A stretch of 64,000 nt of DNA from Oligoflexia bacterium (GCA_023701205.1 JAMPXJ010000009.1:30008-94007); one strand, 5' to 3'. Positions 37,430-46,710 are shown, counted from the first letter of the stretch. A program made the numbers and translations. The notes: generated from the letters alone by a model not told the origin.

Positions 37430-37456
37430 CTCGGCGGCCCGAAAGAGCGCCGGCGG

Positions 37457-37469
37457 CCCCCCCCCCCCC
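37457..37469. repeat. Homopolymeric C13 tract (G13 on minus strand) between convergent gene ends
   Basis: 13 consecutive C read directly, abutting the pepN stop codon (TAG, reverse complement of 37469-37471). Confidence 0.9.
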
Positions 37470-40099
37470 TACTTCAAAGCCTTCGAAACGATCTCAAACA
37501 CGCCCGCCGAAAGCCCCTCGTGCGCCACCATCCGCTCGAGCTCCTTGCGCATGAGCGCCTGGCGGGCGGGATCGAACTTCCTCCACTGGTTGAAGAGCCC
37601 CGCGAGCCGCGCCGAGACGTTGGCGTTGCGGCGATCGATATCGAGGATCTGATCCGCCATGAAGCGATAGGCCGAGCCATCGGCCGCATGGAAGTTGACT
37701 AGGTTCTCCTGACCGAAGACCGTGAACACCGACCGCACCTTGTTGGGGTTGTTGATGTTGAAGACCGGATCCTTGATCAGGGCCTTGATCCGGTCAAGCC
37801 CGCCCGGGGCGCTCGAGACAGCCTGGGTCTGGAGCCACTTGTTGATCGTGAGCGAGTCGTCCTTCCATTTGTCGTAGAAATGCCGGAAGGCTTCCTCGCG
37901 CTGGGGTGACGGCACATCGGTGAGCGCGAGAAGCGCCGCGACCTCCTCGGTCATGTTGCGCCCTTCTTTGACCTGCGCTGCCGCGAGGTCGAGGTACCGG
38001 GGCTCACCGAGCGCCGTGAGGAACCTCAGGCAGCTGCGGCGCAGGGCTCGCCGGCCAACGGCCGCGGGCTGATAGCGATAGGTCCGATCCTCTTCGCCGA
38101 GCGCCTGATAAAGCTCGCGGAAGGTCGTTTCGCCGTGCCGGGCCACCGCACGCACGAGGAAATCGCGAGCCGTGTGGATCGCGTCGACGTCGATCGCCGA
38201 CTGGAGCTGGCCGATGTACGACTCGGAGGGGATCTCCAAAAGAAGGGCCCGGAAGGCCGCCTCGAGCGAGCGATCGCGGGCGAGGCTCATGAGCGCGTCG
38301 AGATAAGCCGCATCGACCGAAAGCGGCTTCTTTTCCTGCTCGGCGCGGATCAGTCCGCCCAGCACGCGGAGCGCGAGCTTTTGGCCGGCTTCGAAGCGCG
38401 CGAACGCATCCCCGTCGCGCGAGAGCAAGAAAAGCAGCTCCGCATCCGTGTACTCGAACTCCAGATGCACGGGCGCTGAGAAGCCGCGAAGGAGCGAGGG
38501 AACCGGCTTTTCCTGCACGCCGTTGAACTCGAAGGTCTCCTCCTCCTTCTTGAGTGGCAGGACCCGGCTTGCGAGCTCGCCACCCGACTGATCGAGCAGC
38601 GCCATCGACAGCGGCAGGTGATAAGGCCGTTTAGTCGGCTGCCCGGGCGTCGGAGGGCACGCCTGCGCGACCTCGAGCGTATAGCGCTTGGCCGCGGCAT
38701 CGTAGACGCCTTTGACCCGCAGGCGCGGCGTGCCGCTCTGCTCGTACCAGGTCTCGCGGAACTGGGTGAGATCCGCTCCATTAGCCAGCTCCATGGCGCG
38801 CACGAAGTCATCCGTCGTCACGGCCTGGCCGTCGAAGAGCTCGAAGTACTTGTCCATCCCCTTGCGGAAGCCCTCGCGCCCGAGCAATGTGGCGATCATG
38901 CGGATGACCTCGGCGCCCTTGGAATACACCGTGGCCGTGTAGAAGTTATTGATCTCGATGTAGCTCGAGGGCCGGATCGGATGCGCCATGGGGCCGGCGT
39001 CTTCGGAGAACTGCTGGTTGCGGAGCCCGATGACCTCCTCGATACGATGGACCGCGCGCGAGGTGACGTCGGCGGAGAACTCCTGGTCGCGGTAGACCGT
39101 CAGGCCCTCTTTGAGCGAAAGCTGGAACCAGTCGCGGCAGGTCACCCGGTTGCCCGTCCAGTTGTGGAAGTACTCGTGCGCGACCACGCCTTCGATGCGC
39201 TGGTAATCGCTGTCGGTGGCGGTCGAAGGCTTGGCCAGGATCGCCGCCGCGTTGAAAACGTTGAGGCCTTTATTCTCCATCGCGCCGAAGTTGAAGTCGG
39301 CGACCGCGACGATCATGAAGATATCGAGGTCATACTCGAGGCCGAAGACCTCCTCGTCCCAGCGCATGGCCTTCTTGAGCGAGTCCATGCCGTGGCCGGC
39401 CCGGTCCTCGTTGCCCTTATCGGTATAGATCTCGAGCTTCACCTTGCGGCCGGACTTCGTGACGAACTGATCGTCCACGCGCCCGAGATCGCCCGCCACG
39501 AGCGCGAAAAGGTAAGCGGGTTTTTTGAAAGGATCGCGCCAACGCGCCAGGTGGCGGCCGCCCGGCTGCTCGGAGACCTCGATGCGGTTGCCGTTGGAAA
39601 GCAGGACCGGGTACCTCGCCCTGTCCGCGATGATCGTGGTCGTGAAGGCCGCCATGACGTCGGGGCGATCCGGGTAGTAGGTGATCTTGCGGAACCCCTG
39701 GGCCTCGCACTGCGTGCAGAACATGCCGCCGGACTTGTAGAGTCCCTCGAGCGCGAGGTTCTCCTGCGGCTTGATCCGGGTCACCGTCTCCAGCGTGAAG
39801 CTCCGGGGCACGCTCTCGATGTGCAGCTCGGTCAGAGTCACCCGGTATTCGCCCGCGGCGAGCGGGCGGCCATCGAGCTTCAGGGAGCGCAGCTCGAGTC
39901 GTTCGCCATCCAGAACGAGCGGGGCGCTCGGGTTCGTGCTCGCGGGATTGCGGAGGAATCTCACCGTCGCGGTGACATCCGTGTGCTCCTCACTCAGCTC
40001 GAAGCGCAGGTCGATGGTCTCCACTAGGAATTCCGGAACTCGGTAGTCCTTCAGAAACACGGTTTGCGGCTGGCTCGGGGTCGATGAGGGTGCGGACAT
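37469..40099 (-). CDS. pepN: Aminopeptidase N (M1 family)
   Basis: GAMENKGLNVF exopeptidase motif and HEYFHNWTGNRVT ... LSLKEGLTV zinc-binding motif; 876 aa. Confidence 0.95.
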   Translation of the reverse strand: MSAPSSTPSQPQTVFLKDYRVPEFLVETIDLRFELSEEHTDVTATVRFLRNPASTNPSAPLVLDGERLELRSLKLDGRPLAAGEYRVTLTELHIESVPRSFTLETVTRIKPQENLALEGLYKSGGMFCTQCEAQGFRKITYYPDRPDVMAAFTTTIIADRARYPVLLSNGNRIEVSEQPGGRHLARWRDPFKKPAYLFALVAGDLGRVDDQFVTKSGRKVKLEIYTDKGNEDRAGHGMDSLKKAMRWDEEVFGLEYDLDIFMIVAVADFNFGAMENKGLNVFNAAAILAKPSTATDSDYQRIEGVVAHEYFHNWTGNRVTCRDWFQLSLKEGLTVYRDQEFSADVTSRAVHRIEEVIGLRNQQFSEDAGPMAHPIRPSSYIEINNFYTATVYSKGAEVIRMIATLLGREGFRKGMDKYFELFDGQAVTTDDFVRAMELANGADLTQFRETWYEQSGTPRLRVKGVYDAAAKRYTLEVAQACPPTPGQPTKRPYHLPLSMALLDQSGGELASRVLPLKKEEETFEFNGVQEKPVPSLLRGFSAPVHLEFEYTDAELLFLLSRDGDAFARFEAGQKLALRVLGGLIRAEQEKKPLSVDAAYLDALMSLARDRSLEAAFRALLLEIPSESYIGQLQSAIDVDAIHTARDFLVRAVARHGETTFRELYQALGEEDRTYRYQPAAVGRRALRRSCLRFLTALGEPRYLDLAAAQVKEGRNMTEEVAALLALTDVPSPQREEAFRHFYDKWKDDSLTINKWLQTQAVSSAPGGLDRIKALIKDPVFNINNPNKVRSVFTVFGQENLVNFHAADGSAYRFMADQILDIDRRNANVSARLAGLFNQWRKFDPARQALMRKELERMVAHEGLSAGVFEIVSKALK

Positions 40100-40233
40100 G
40101 GATAGACTCTCCTGGATAGGTGACTATCCCTCCCCTACCACGGACCGCGGCCGTGAGGCACTCCTCATTTAGAGTGAGTTTTTTAAACTGCTACCTTAAA
40201 TTACTCAAACATGAGAATGCGCCAGCGCGGCGC

Positions 40234-41598
40234 TTACCTCGCCGCCGCGACATTCCCGGCCGCAGCCTCGCGAGAAGGCGTCTCGGCGGCTGGTTCCGCC
40301 ACCGCGGCTTTGGCCTCGGCGCCGCTCACCTGCGGCAGCTCGCCAGCAGGAGCCTGCGCGCCCAGCGTGGAGGCCGCCGCTGCGCCTTCGATCGCCTTCT
40401 CGAGCGCGGCCTTGGCATCCGGATTCGCCTGCAGGAATTTGAAGGAATCCCCGAGCGTCGCGCGAACGTCCCCCACCGTCTTGACCTTGAAGCACAGGAC
40501 ATTCGCCTCAAGCACTCCGGCGCCGGGCAGCGGCGTCTTGACCTTCAGGTCGATGCTCCGAGCGGACTCGCCCAGGAAAGCCTTGTTCTCCGTGATCTCA
40601 TAGGCTCCCACCGGCATCGGCAAGGAGCTATCCAGCAGGCTGGAGCGATAGCGCGTGGGCGAGATCGTGCAGCGCGGCTTCTCGGCATCCAGGCTCTCGC
40701 CTTTGTAGGTGTACTGAGTCAGGAGCACATCGCTCGCTCCGATGCGCTTGCCGCCCTGGTAGAGCGAGCCGGTGAAATTCCCGTTGGGCTTGATGATCTG
40801 AAAGTCGGGCGCCGTGATCTGAACGCCATCCGAGGTGGTGAGCGAGGAAAGAGCGGCCTCCGACGAAGCTTCCACTCCGATCTCTCGGGCCTCGTCCTCC
40901 AGGCGCTTCTTCTCGGCTTCGAGCTTGAGCCGCTTCTCCTCTTCCTCTTTAGCGGCCTTTTTGGCGGCTTCCTGCTTGAAGGTATCGGACTGACGGATGG
41001 ATTTAAAGATATCGAGCGGACCTTCGTTCTTCTTGAGGACAAAAAGCCCTTCGCCCAGCGTCTGCCGGAACTGCTCGATCGAAGGCTCGCCCTTGAAATT
41101 CTTGCAATCCATATTCAGATGCAGCGAAAGCGGGCTCAGCTCCATGGTCGACTGGGGCATCTTGCTGTCGCGCTTGGTTGCGCTCGCGTTCTGGATCGAG
41201 GTGGACGCCTTGATCTTGATGCCCGTCTTCTTGAAGCCGAAGAGCGAGAAATCACTGAACTCGATCTCCATGAGGGGGACTTCCTGATCCTTCTGGAAAG
41301 GCGCGAATTCGAGATAGTCCTGAAACATGGAGCTCGCCATCAGCTTGCAATAGGGATCCCCGCTCAAGGCGTTCTCCGCGACTGACCTGCCGTTCTGCAG
41401 GAAAAGCGCGCCGGAATCCCCGAACTTCATGGGAAGGGAGTCCTTCATCACCAGCGTGTGCCCGGAATTGACCGCGGCTCGCACGCTCTGCGGGCTCTCC
41501 GGGCCGGCCAGGCCCACCGAAGGCCAGATGAGGCACACGACCGTCAGGGAGGAGGGAAGGAGGGACCGGGACAAAGACGACAGGGATTTCTCTCTCAT
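40234..41598 (-). CDS. Hypothetical exported protein with internal duplication and a central Lys/Glu-rich coiled-coil
   Basis: Start taken at MREKSLSS (41598). Signal-like LTVVCLIWPSVGLAG. Its two halves share NMDCKNFKGEPSIEQFRQTLGEGLFVLKK and NVLCFKVKTVGDVRATLGDSFKFLQ. Confidence 0.5.
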   Translation of the reverse strand: MREKSLSSLSRSLLPSSLTVVCLIWPSVGLAGPESPQSVRAAVNSGHTLVMKDSLPMKFGDSGALFLQNGRSVAENALSGDPYCKLMASSMFQDYLEFAPFQKDQEVPLMEIEFSDFSLFGFKKTGIKIKASTSIQNASATKRDSKMPQSTMELSPLSLHLNMDCKNFKGEPSIEQFRQTLGEGLFVLKKNEGPLDIFKSIRQSDTFKQEAAKKAAKEEEEKRLKLEAEKKRLEDEAREIGVEASSEAALSSLTTSDGVQITAPDFQIIKPNGNFTGSLYQGGKRIGASDVLLTQYTYKGESLDAEKPRCTISPTRYRSSLLDSSLPMPVGAYEITENKAFLGESARSIDLKVKTPLPGAGVLEANVLCFKVKTVGDVRATLGDSFKFLQANPDAKAALEKAIEGAAAASTLGAQAPAGELPQVSGAEAKAAVAEPAAETPSREAAAGNVAAAR

Positions 41599-41689
41599 GC
41601 CTCTTCGAATTGCAGGCGGCATACCGAGCCATGGTTCCGTTGGGATCCTATTAGCTTCAGCTCAGGCAATAACCCTGTCTAAAGATTAG

Positions 41690-42748
41690 TCAGAGGAAAA
41701 GCTGACGTGCCGCCCCGCCCTTGAAGTACCGAGCGCTTTCGCCGAACTGCAGGAAGGAGACCCGCCGGTGGTGATTGGGACAAAGAAATCTCAAGTTCTC
41801 CAGGCTCGTTATCCCTCCTAACGACCAAGGTGTTTGATGATCCACCTGCAACGCGTGTTTTGACTGACAGCGTTTGTGAGTGCTCGGGTCGATATACGCG
41901 CCTTGGTAGCCGTGCTTCCGGATCAGCTCGTGCTGCAGCGGCTGTGAAGGCGCGCGACGCACGAGAACCTTGGGTGCCGTGGGTGTTTTGATCATTTCAG
42001 TCGGCTGCCTTTCCGCCAGCTCTGTCGGCTGCATCCCAAGCTTCGCATCCTTCCTGGCCTTCGCCCGCCGGGCCTTCTCTTCGGGATGATGGCGCTCACG
42101 GTACTCGGTCGCCAGAACGTCGATGAGCTCCCCCATCGAAAGCCCCGGATGAGAATGCGCGAGAAGCCCCCGGACATCCTGGAGCTTTTCAAGCAGCTCT
42201 TCGGTAGCGACGAAGCGCACTTCAGAGAGATTCTCCGTCAGAGGCCGAATCCGGTCTCGAGGCACTTTCACCGAATCAGGAAAACGCCGCGCGGTCTCCC
42301 GCTCAGCCTGGGAGCAGCTCATTCCGCAAATCTCCGCCAAAAGCTCCGCCAGCTCCGGATCAGAAAGCTTCTCCCGGCAAGCGCAGCCCTGAGCGATCTC
42401 AAGAAGCGTGAAATTGAGCTTCCCGCTTTCCAATCCGATTTTGATTTCCGGAATGCGTTTAAGTAACCGTGCCGCGCGAACCCGCTGCTCCGCCCGCCAT
42501 TCTTCCATCCGATACTGACCGACCAGAAAAGATCGGAGAGAGGAGTACTCAAAGAAAAGCTTCCGGCGATCCAGCTCCACCAGATACTCAAGCTGGCGGA
42601 CGAGGCTCTCGCGCTCGTCGATGAACTGCGCTCCGGCGCCGGCTCGAACATCAGCCAGCCTCCCTAAGTCAAACCAAGCCGTTTTAAGGCATTTCCCGAG
42701 GCAGTTTCGAAAACGAAGACTCCTCTGTCGAAAATAAATTAGACCCAT
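41690..42748 (-). CDS. HNH endonuclease-domain protein (DUF222-like N-terminal region)
   Basis: C-terminal HALQVDHQTPWSLGGITSLENLRFLCPNHHRRV. Start chosen at MGLIYF (42748). The region looks lower in G+C. Confidence 0.65.
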   Translation of the reverse strand: MGLIYFRQRSLRFRNCLGKCLKTAWFDLGRLADVRAGAGAQFIDERESLVRQLEYLVELDRRKLFFEYSSLRSFLVGQYRMEEWRAEQRVRAARLLKRIPEIKIGLESGKLNFTLLEIAQGCACREKLSDPELAELLAEICGMSCSQAERETARRFPDSVKVPRDRIRPLTENLSEVRFVATEELLEKLQDVRGLLAHSHPGLSMGELIDVLATEYRERHHPEEKARRAKARKDAKLGMQPTELAERQPTEMIKTPTAPKVLVRRAPSQPLQHELIRKHGYQGAYIDPSTHKRCQSKHALQVDHQTPWSLGGITSLENLRFLCPNHHRRVSFLQFGESARYFKGGAARQLFL

Positions 42749-43166
42749 GTCAAGAACATGTTCGGGAAATCCCGATCCCGCCCCTTCGCCGCGAAGAGAC
42801 CGGACCGAGCAGAGAACCGCCACCACCGAAACACGCAGAAGCGCCTCACCCGCCGCGAGGTCTTCACCAGACGTCGGAAGAACGCCATGACAGTAGCACT
42901 GACGAGAGCTAAACCCGTCAATAGCCGACGGCGCGCACGTAGGTCCTCCTCGACACATTGTGAGACGCGCACGCTTGAACGACAATCAAGGCATGTTGAG
43001 ACTGGCTACCTTGACGCTGCTCTTTCTGATCCTCGGAACGCTGAACAGCCGCGCCGACGAGCAGCGCGCCGAAGGCGCCTCCGGGTCATCCGCGGTCGCC
43101 GCGCGCGCTTGATCCCTTCGCGATCACTTCGCCGCTTCCGAGGCGATGCCACCACCTCGGGCGGCT

Positions 43167-44345
43167 TCACGGATAAAAGTGCAGGCTCAGGTAAAGCCAG
43201 TCGAAATACGCCTGCGAAAGCGCCACCGTCCGCCGCCGTTCCCAGCCGGCCAGGAGCTCGAAGTGCGGGCGCGGGAAAAACTGCACGCCCGCGCCGTAGG
43301 CATCCTTCTGCGTGGCGACACGGCTGAAGTTGAGCTTCGAGAACTGCTGAATCAGAAAGACATGCAGCCCCTGCGTGACCTCGTAATCCAGGCGCTGATA
43401 GTTGACGAAGCCCCACTCCGGCCTGACCGCCGTCCGCGCGAAGCTCCGCTGGAAGTCGAGCTCCGAAAGCAGGAAGAATCTCGGCGTGAAGCCCATGACG
43501 AGGAAAGGCCCGAAGACGTGGCGATTGGCATTGTAGCTGGTGCCATAAAAATAACTCGCCCCGAGCTTGTAGCGGTTCCCGAGGAAGACGCTCGCCGAGC
43601 CGGAGCCGCCTTTCTCGCGAAGACGGGAGTCGATGTCGGGGCGGCTCAGGACGCCCGTCACGTACAGGTTGTACCGCTCGCCCAGATAGGAGACTTCCAC
43701 GTTGTAGCTCTCGGAGCCCTGGTCCCAGCCCAGCCCCTGCCGGGTGAAGATCGCATGATCCGGAACGTTGATCCCGAACGCCTGCATGAAGCGCCCGGCG
43801 CGCAGCGAGACCTCGTCATTGAACCGGAATACCCCGTAATGCCGGCGGCTGAGAAACCGGTCTTCGGGATAAACCGCCTGATCCTGGATGCCATAGGTCC
43901 CGACCAGCGAAAGCGCCTTGTAGGAAATCGCCGCCTCGAGATCGGCCTGCATGAGCACGGTGCGGCCGCGGGTGCCGGTGGAAGACTCCTGCTTCAGATT
44001 GAGCGTCCGAAAATCCCCGCCGAGCTCCAGCCATTCCGGCGGCTTGACCCGGCCCCAGAGAAAACGCCCCTCGCCTTCCCGGCCCCACTTGCTCAGCACC
44101 TCATTGGAAAGCTCGCGCCCGTACGCCGTCAGCACGCCGCCACCGGTCGGGCTCACGTGGCAGGCCGTGCAGTTGGCGTAATTGTGCCGGACCAGCTCGG
44201 GAAACGCGAACGCTCCCCGCGGGGCAAGGAACGAAAGCGCCACGAGGTGAAACGCGAGCCCCGCGCGGGCGAGCGCACGAGGTAGGAGCCGGTCAATGCC
44301 GCTGCGTGATCGGAGCCTTCGAACGAACCTGGACCTGAACCTCAT
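43167..44345 (-). CDS. Predicted outer-membrane beta-barrel-like protein with an N-terminal CxxCH motif
   Basis: NYANCTACHVSPTGGG lies near the mature N-terminus. The rest shows alternating aromatic/Gly-rich strand-like patterns. The start is uncertain (44345 or 44381, both overlapping the upstream gene). Confidence 0.45.
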   Translation of the reverse strand: MRFRSRFVRRLRSRSGIDRLLPRALARAGLAFHLVALSFLAPRGAFAFPELVRHNYANCTACHVSPTGGGVLTAYGRELSNEVLSKWGREGEGRFLWGRVKPPEWLELGGDFRTLNLKQESSTGTRGRTVLMQADLEAAISYKALSLVGTYGIQDQAVYPEDRFLSRRHYGVFRFNDEVSLRAGRFMQAFGINVPDHAIFTRQGLGWDQGSESYNVEVSYLGERYNLYVTGVLSRPDIDSRLREKGGSGSASVFLGNRYKLGASYFYGTSYNANRHVFGPFLVMGFTPRFFLLSELDFQRSFARTAVRPEWGFVNYQRLDYEVTQGLHVFLIQQFSKLNFSRVATQKDAYGAGVQFFPRPHFELLAGWERRRTVALSQAYFDWLYLSLHFYP

Positions 44346-44895
44346 TGGCCACCGTGATCCCCATGTAAGAGGGAACTTCAATCCTGAAGTCGGTGATTTT
44401 TATTTCAAACTCGGAATCGATTTGCAAATCATTCCCATCGCGAACGAGACTGGCGCGGCCCTGCACCGGCCGGGTCACCCCGTGGAGCGTGAGCTGCCCA
44501 GTGAAAGGAACCTTTTCCACCGAGAAGGACCCGTTTGCCCTGGCGGGAGGAATGCCGACCGACGCGATCTGCAGCAGCGCCTCGGGATATCTCGCGGTCT
44601 CGAGATATCTCTTTTTCATGTGCTCGTCGCGGAGCCGGATCCCGGTGTCGAGCGAATCGAGGGCAAAGCTGATTTTCCCCGAGCCTTTGCCCTGGTCCCA
44701 GTGGAGCTGCCCTTTGGCCGCGCTCCCTTTGCCCAGGATCTTGATCGCCTTGGGCTTGCCGACCGCGACGAACTCGATCGAGGACTCCCCTTGGTCGAGA
44801 CTCACCGTCCAGCCCCTGGCTTTGGCGGCGTCCGCGGCTTCCGCGCTTCCGGAAAGGGCAATCACCGCGAGAAAAGCGAGAATACGTTCAATCAT
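44293..44895 (-). CDS. YceI-like domain protein, exported
   Basis: Signal peptide. SSIEFVAVGKP, DTGIRLRDEHMKKRYLE and LTLHGVTRPV. The start overlaps the upstream stop (ATGATTGA). Confidence 0.7.
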   Translation of the reverse strand: MIERILAFLAVIALSGSAEAADAAKARGWTVSLDQGESSIEFVAVGKPKAIKILGKGSAAKGQLHWDQGKGSGKISFALDSLDTGIRLRDEHMKKRYLETARYPEALLQIASVGIPPARANGSFSVEKVPFTGQLTLHGVTRPVQGRASLVRDGNDLQIDSEFEIKITDFRIEVPSYMGITVANEVQVQVRSKAPITQRH

Positions 44896-46084
44896 TGAGC
44901 GCTCCGTTGTTGATCCAGGTCTGGATCGTGGTCTCCTCGGCCGCCGAAAGCGGCGAGGCGTTCTTGGGCATCGTCCCGTCGATCGTCCTGAGATACAGCT
45001 TGCTGCTGGCCGCGTTCCCCGCAAGCACCGAGCCCGTGGACATGGTTTTCGCATAGGTGGAATAGTCTACGCCCTTGGGAGCGCCGTTGCCAGCGTGGCA
45101 GGAATTGCACTTGGGCTGGAGGATATTCTGGAAGATGGAGGAAAAGGTCGCGCTGACGGCATAGGTGAAGCCCGAAGCGAGCGTTCCCGATTGCCCGCTG
45201 ACGTTCGCCACGCGCACGTCGACCGCGCCGGCGGCATGCGCCGGCGTCGTGCAGGTGATCCGCGTCGCGCTCACGACGGTCACGCCGGTGCAGCTCGCGC
45301 CCCCCAGGATCACCGTCGCGCCCGCCTCGAAGTTCGCTCCGTCGACGGTCAGCGCCGTGCCGCCCGCGGTCGTCCCAGAGCCGGGCGATACCGAGCCGAT
45401 CGTCGGCGTGGCGAGGACGACATCGTTGTAAGTGAAAGCTCCCGCAAGGGAGCCGGTCTGGCCATCCGGGTTCGTCACGGTAATGTCGACCACGCCCGCC
45501 CCATGGGCCGGCGTCACACAGCTCAGGGTGCCGGCCGAAGACACCATCACGCCCGTACAATCGCTTCCGCCGACGCTGACGGCGATTCCCGAGCTGAAGC
45601 CCGTACCCGAAAGCGTGATCGTGGTTCCGCCGTTCTTGGGTCCGGAGACAGGGGTGACGGCGCTCACCACGGGCGCCGCCGCGGGCACCACGACGGCCGT
45701 GTCGTCCTCGGCCCCGGCGCGGATCCACGCCTCGATAGCTTCGATCTCGGCATCCGACAGCCGGGCCGCTCCTTTGGGCATGAGTCCCGAAAACGCCTGG
45801 GTGTACAGCGTGCTCCTGGCCGGATCCCCCGCGACGACCGACCCCGTGACCTGCAACCGCGCGTAGGAAGAGAGATCCACGCCGTAAGCGGCATTCCCGG
45901 TCGCATGGCAGCCCAGGCACTTTGCCTGGAAGACGTTCCTGTCGAGCCACGAGTAAACGGGCTGTGGAATGTCCGCACCGTCACCGGGACGGCCGCAACC
46001 CGGCCCGACCGCCAGGACCGCAAGCGCGAACACCAAGATCCGCCGCGGGAGTCGGAGCGCCCTCATGAAAAGCAACTCACGCAA
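44888..46084 (-). CDS. Lipoprotein with two CxxCH cytochrome-c-like modules flanking two IPT/TIG-like domains
   Basis: Lipobox AVGPGC. FQAKCLGCHATGNA ... LMPKGAARLSDAEIEAIEAWIRAGA and LQPKCNSCHAGNGA ... TMPKNASPLSAAEETTIQTWINNGA. Two copies of the pattern SVSPxSGxxxGGTxxTLxGxxF ... CT. Confidence 0.6.
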   Translation of the reverse strand: MRELLFMRALRLPRRILVFALAVLAVGPGCGRPGDGADIPQPVYSWLDRNVFQAKCLGCHATGNAAYGVDLSSYARLQVTGSVVAGDPARSTLYTQAFSGLMPKGAARLSDAEIEAIEAWIRAGAEDDTAVVVPAAAPVVSAVTPVSGPKNGGTTITLSGTGFSSGIAVSVGGSDCTGVMVSSAGTLSCVTPAHGAGVVDITVTNPDGQTGSLAGAFTYNDVVLATPTIGSVSPGSGTTAGGTALTVDGANFEAGATVILGGASCTGVTVVSATRITCTTPAHAAGAVDVRVANVSGQSGTLASGFTYAVSATFSSIFQNILQPKCNSCHAGNGAPKGVDYSTYAKTMSTGSVLAGNAASSKLYLRTIDGTMPKNASPLSAAEETTIQTWINNGALND

Positions 46085-46089
46085 GCCGG

Positions 46090-46560
46090 CTAGGAAACCT
46101 TCCGCCGCTCTTCCCGCGAGCGAAGGCGCTCGATGCTGTCGTTGATCAGCGGTGGGAGATCCCGGCAGTAATCCCCGTCACGGAAGCTCAGCTCGGGCAC
46201 CGGGTCCGCGCCGTCGCGGATCGCGCGGAAGAAGCTCCTCAGCCGCAGCAGCGGGCCAGCCAGGCGATGCGAGACGAAGAGGGTGACGAGCACGGAGAAC
46301 GCGCTTCCGGCTCCGAGCGCCAGAAGCAGCGCCGACTGAAAGCTACTCATCTGGTAATCCAGGTAATTCTGGTAAAAGGCGACTTCCATTCCCGAAAGCC
46401 CCGACACCGGCTCCAGTTCCGCGAAGGTATTTCGCACGCTCAGCCAGATCACTCCACCGATGAGCGCCACGATCGCGAGGTTGATCCCGATCAGCAGAAG
46501 CTGGAATCGAGGAAAAATCAGCAACTTGCGCCGCAGCAGGAACTTCTTTGTCGTCTTCAC
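46090..46560 (-). CDS. Hypothetical two-TM membrane protein (HAMP-like linker)
   Basis: Two hydrophobic segments followed by SHRLAGPLLRLRSFFRAI. First gene of the same-strand cluster. Confidence 0.5.
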   Translation of the reverse strand: MKTTKKFLLRRKLLIFPRFQLLLIGINLAIVALIGGVIWLSVRNTFAELEPVSGLSGMEVAFYQNYLDYQMSSFQSALLLALGAGSAFSVLVTLFVSHRLAGPLLRLRSFFRAIRDGADPVPELSFRDGDYCRDLPPLINDSIERLRSREERRKVS

Positions 46561-46710
46561 GCAATCAGCCCTCCCGTAATAATTAATATTATTGAATAAT
46601 CTTAAAGGAAATTCAAACTATAATTTCTGAAACTATAAAGTGACGTAATTTCAAAGAGTTTAAAAATAATAACCGGGTTGATTGAGTTGTAGGACGGGAA
46701 AGCCGATCCC

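Noticed and set aside
40165-40195. Hairpin plus T-tract (CACTC-N8-GAGTG-TTTTTT) as a terminator between pepN and the upstream gene.
   Set aside because: The T-tract follows the stem only on the plus strand, whereas both flanking genes are on the minus strand. The stem is only 5 bp.
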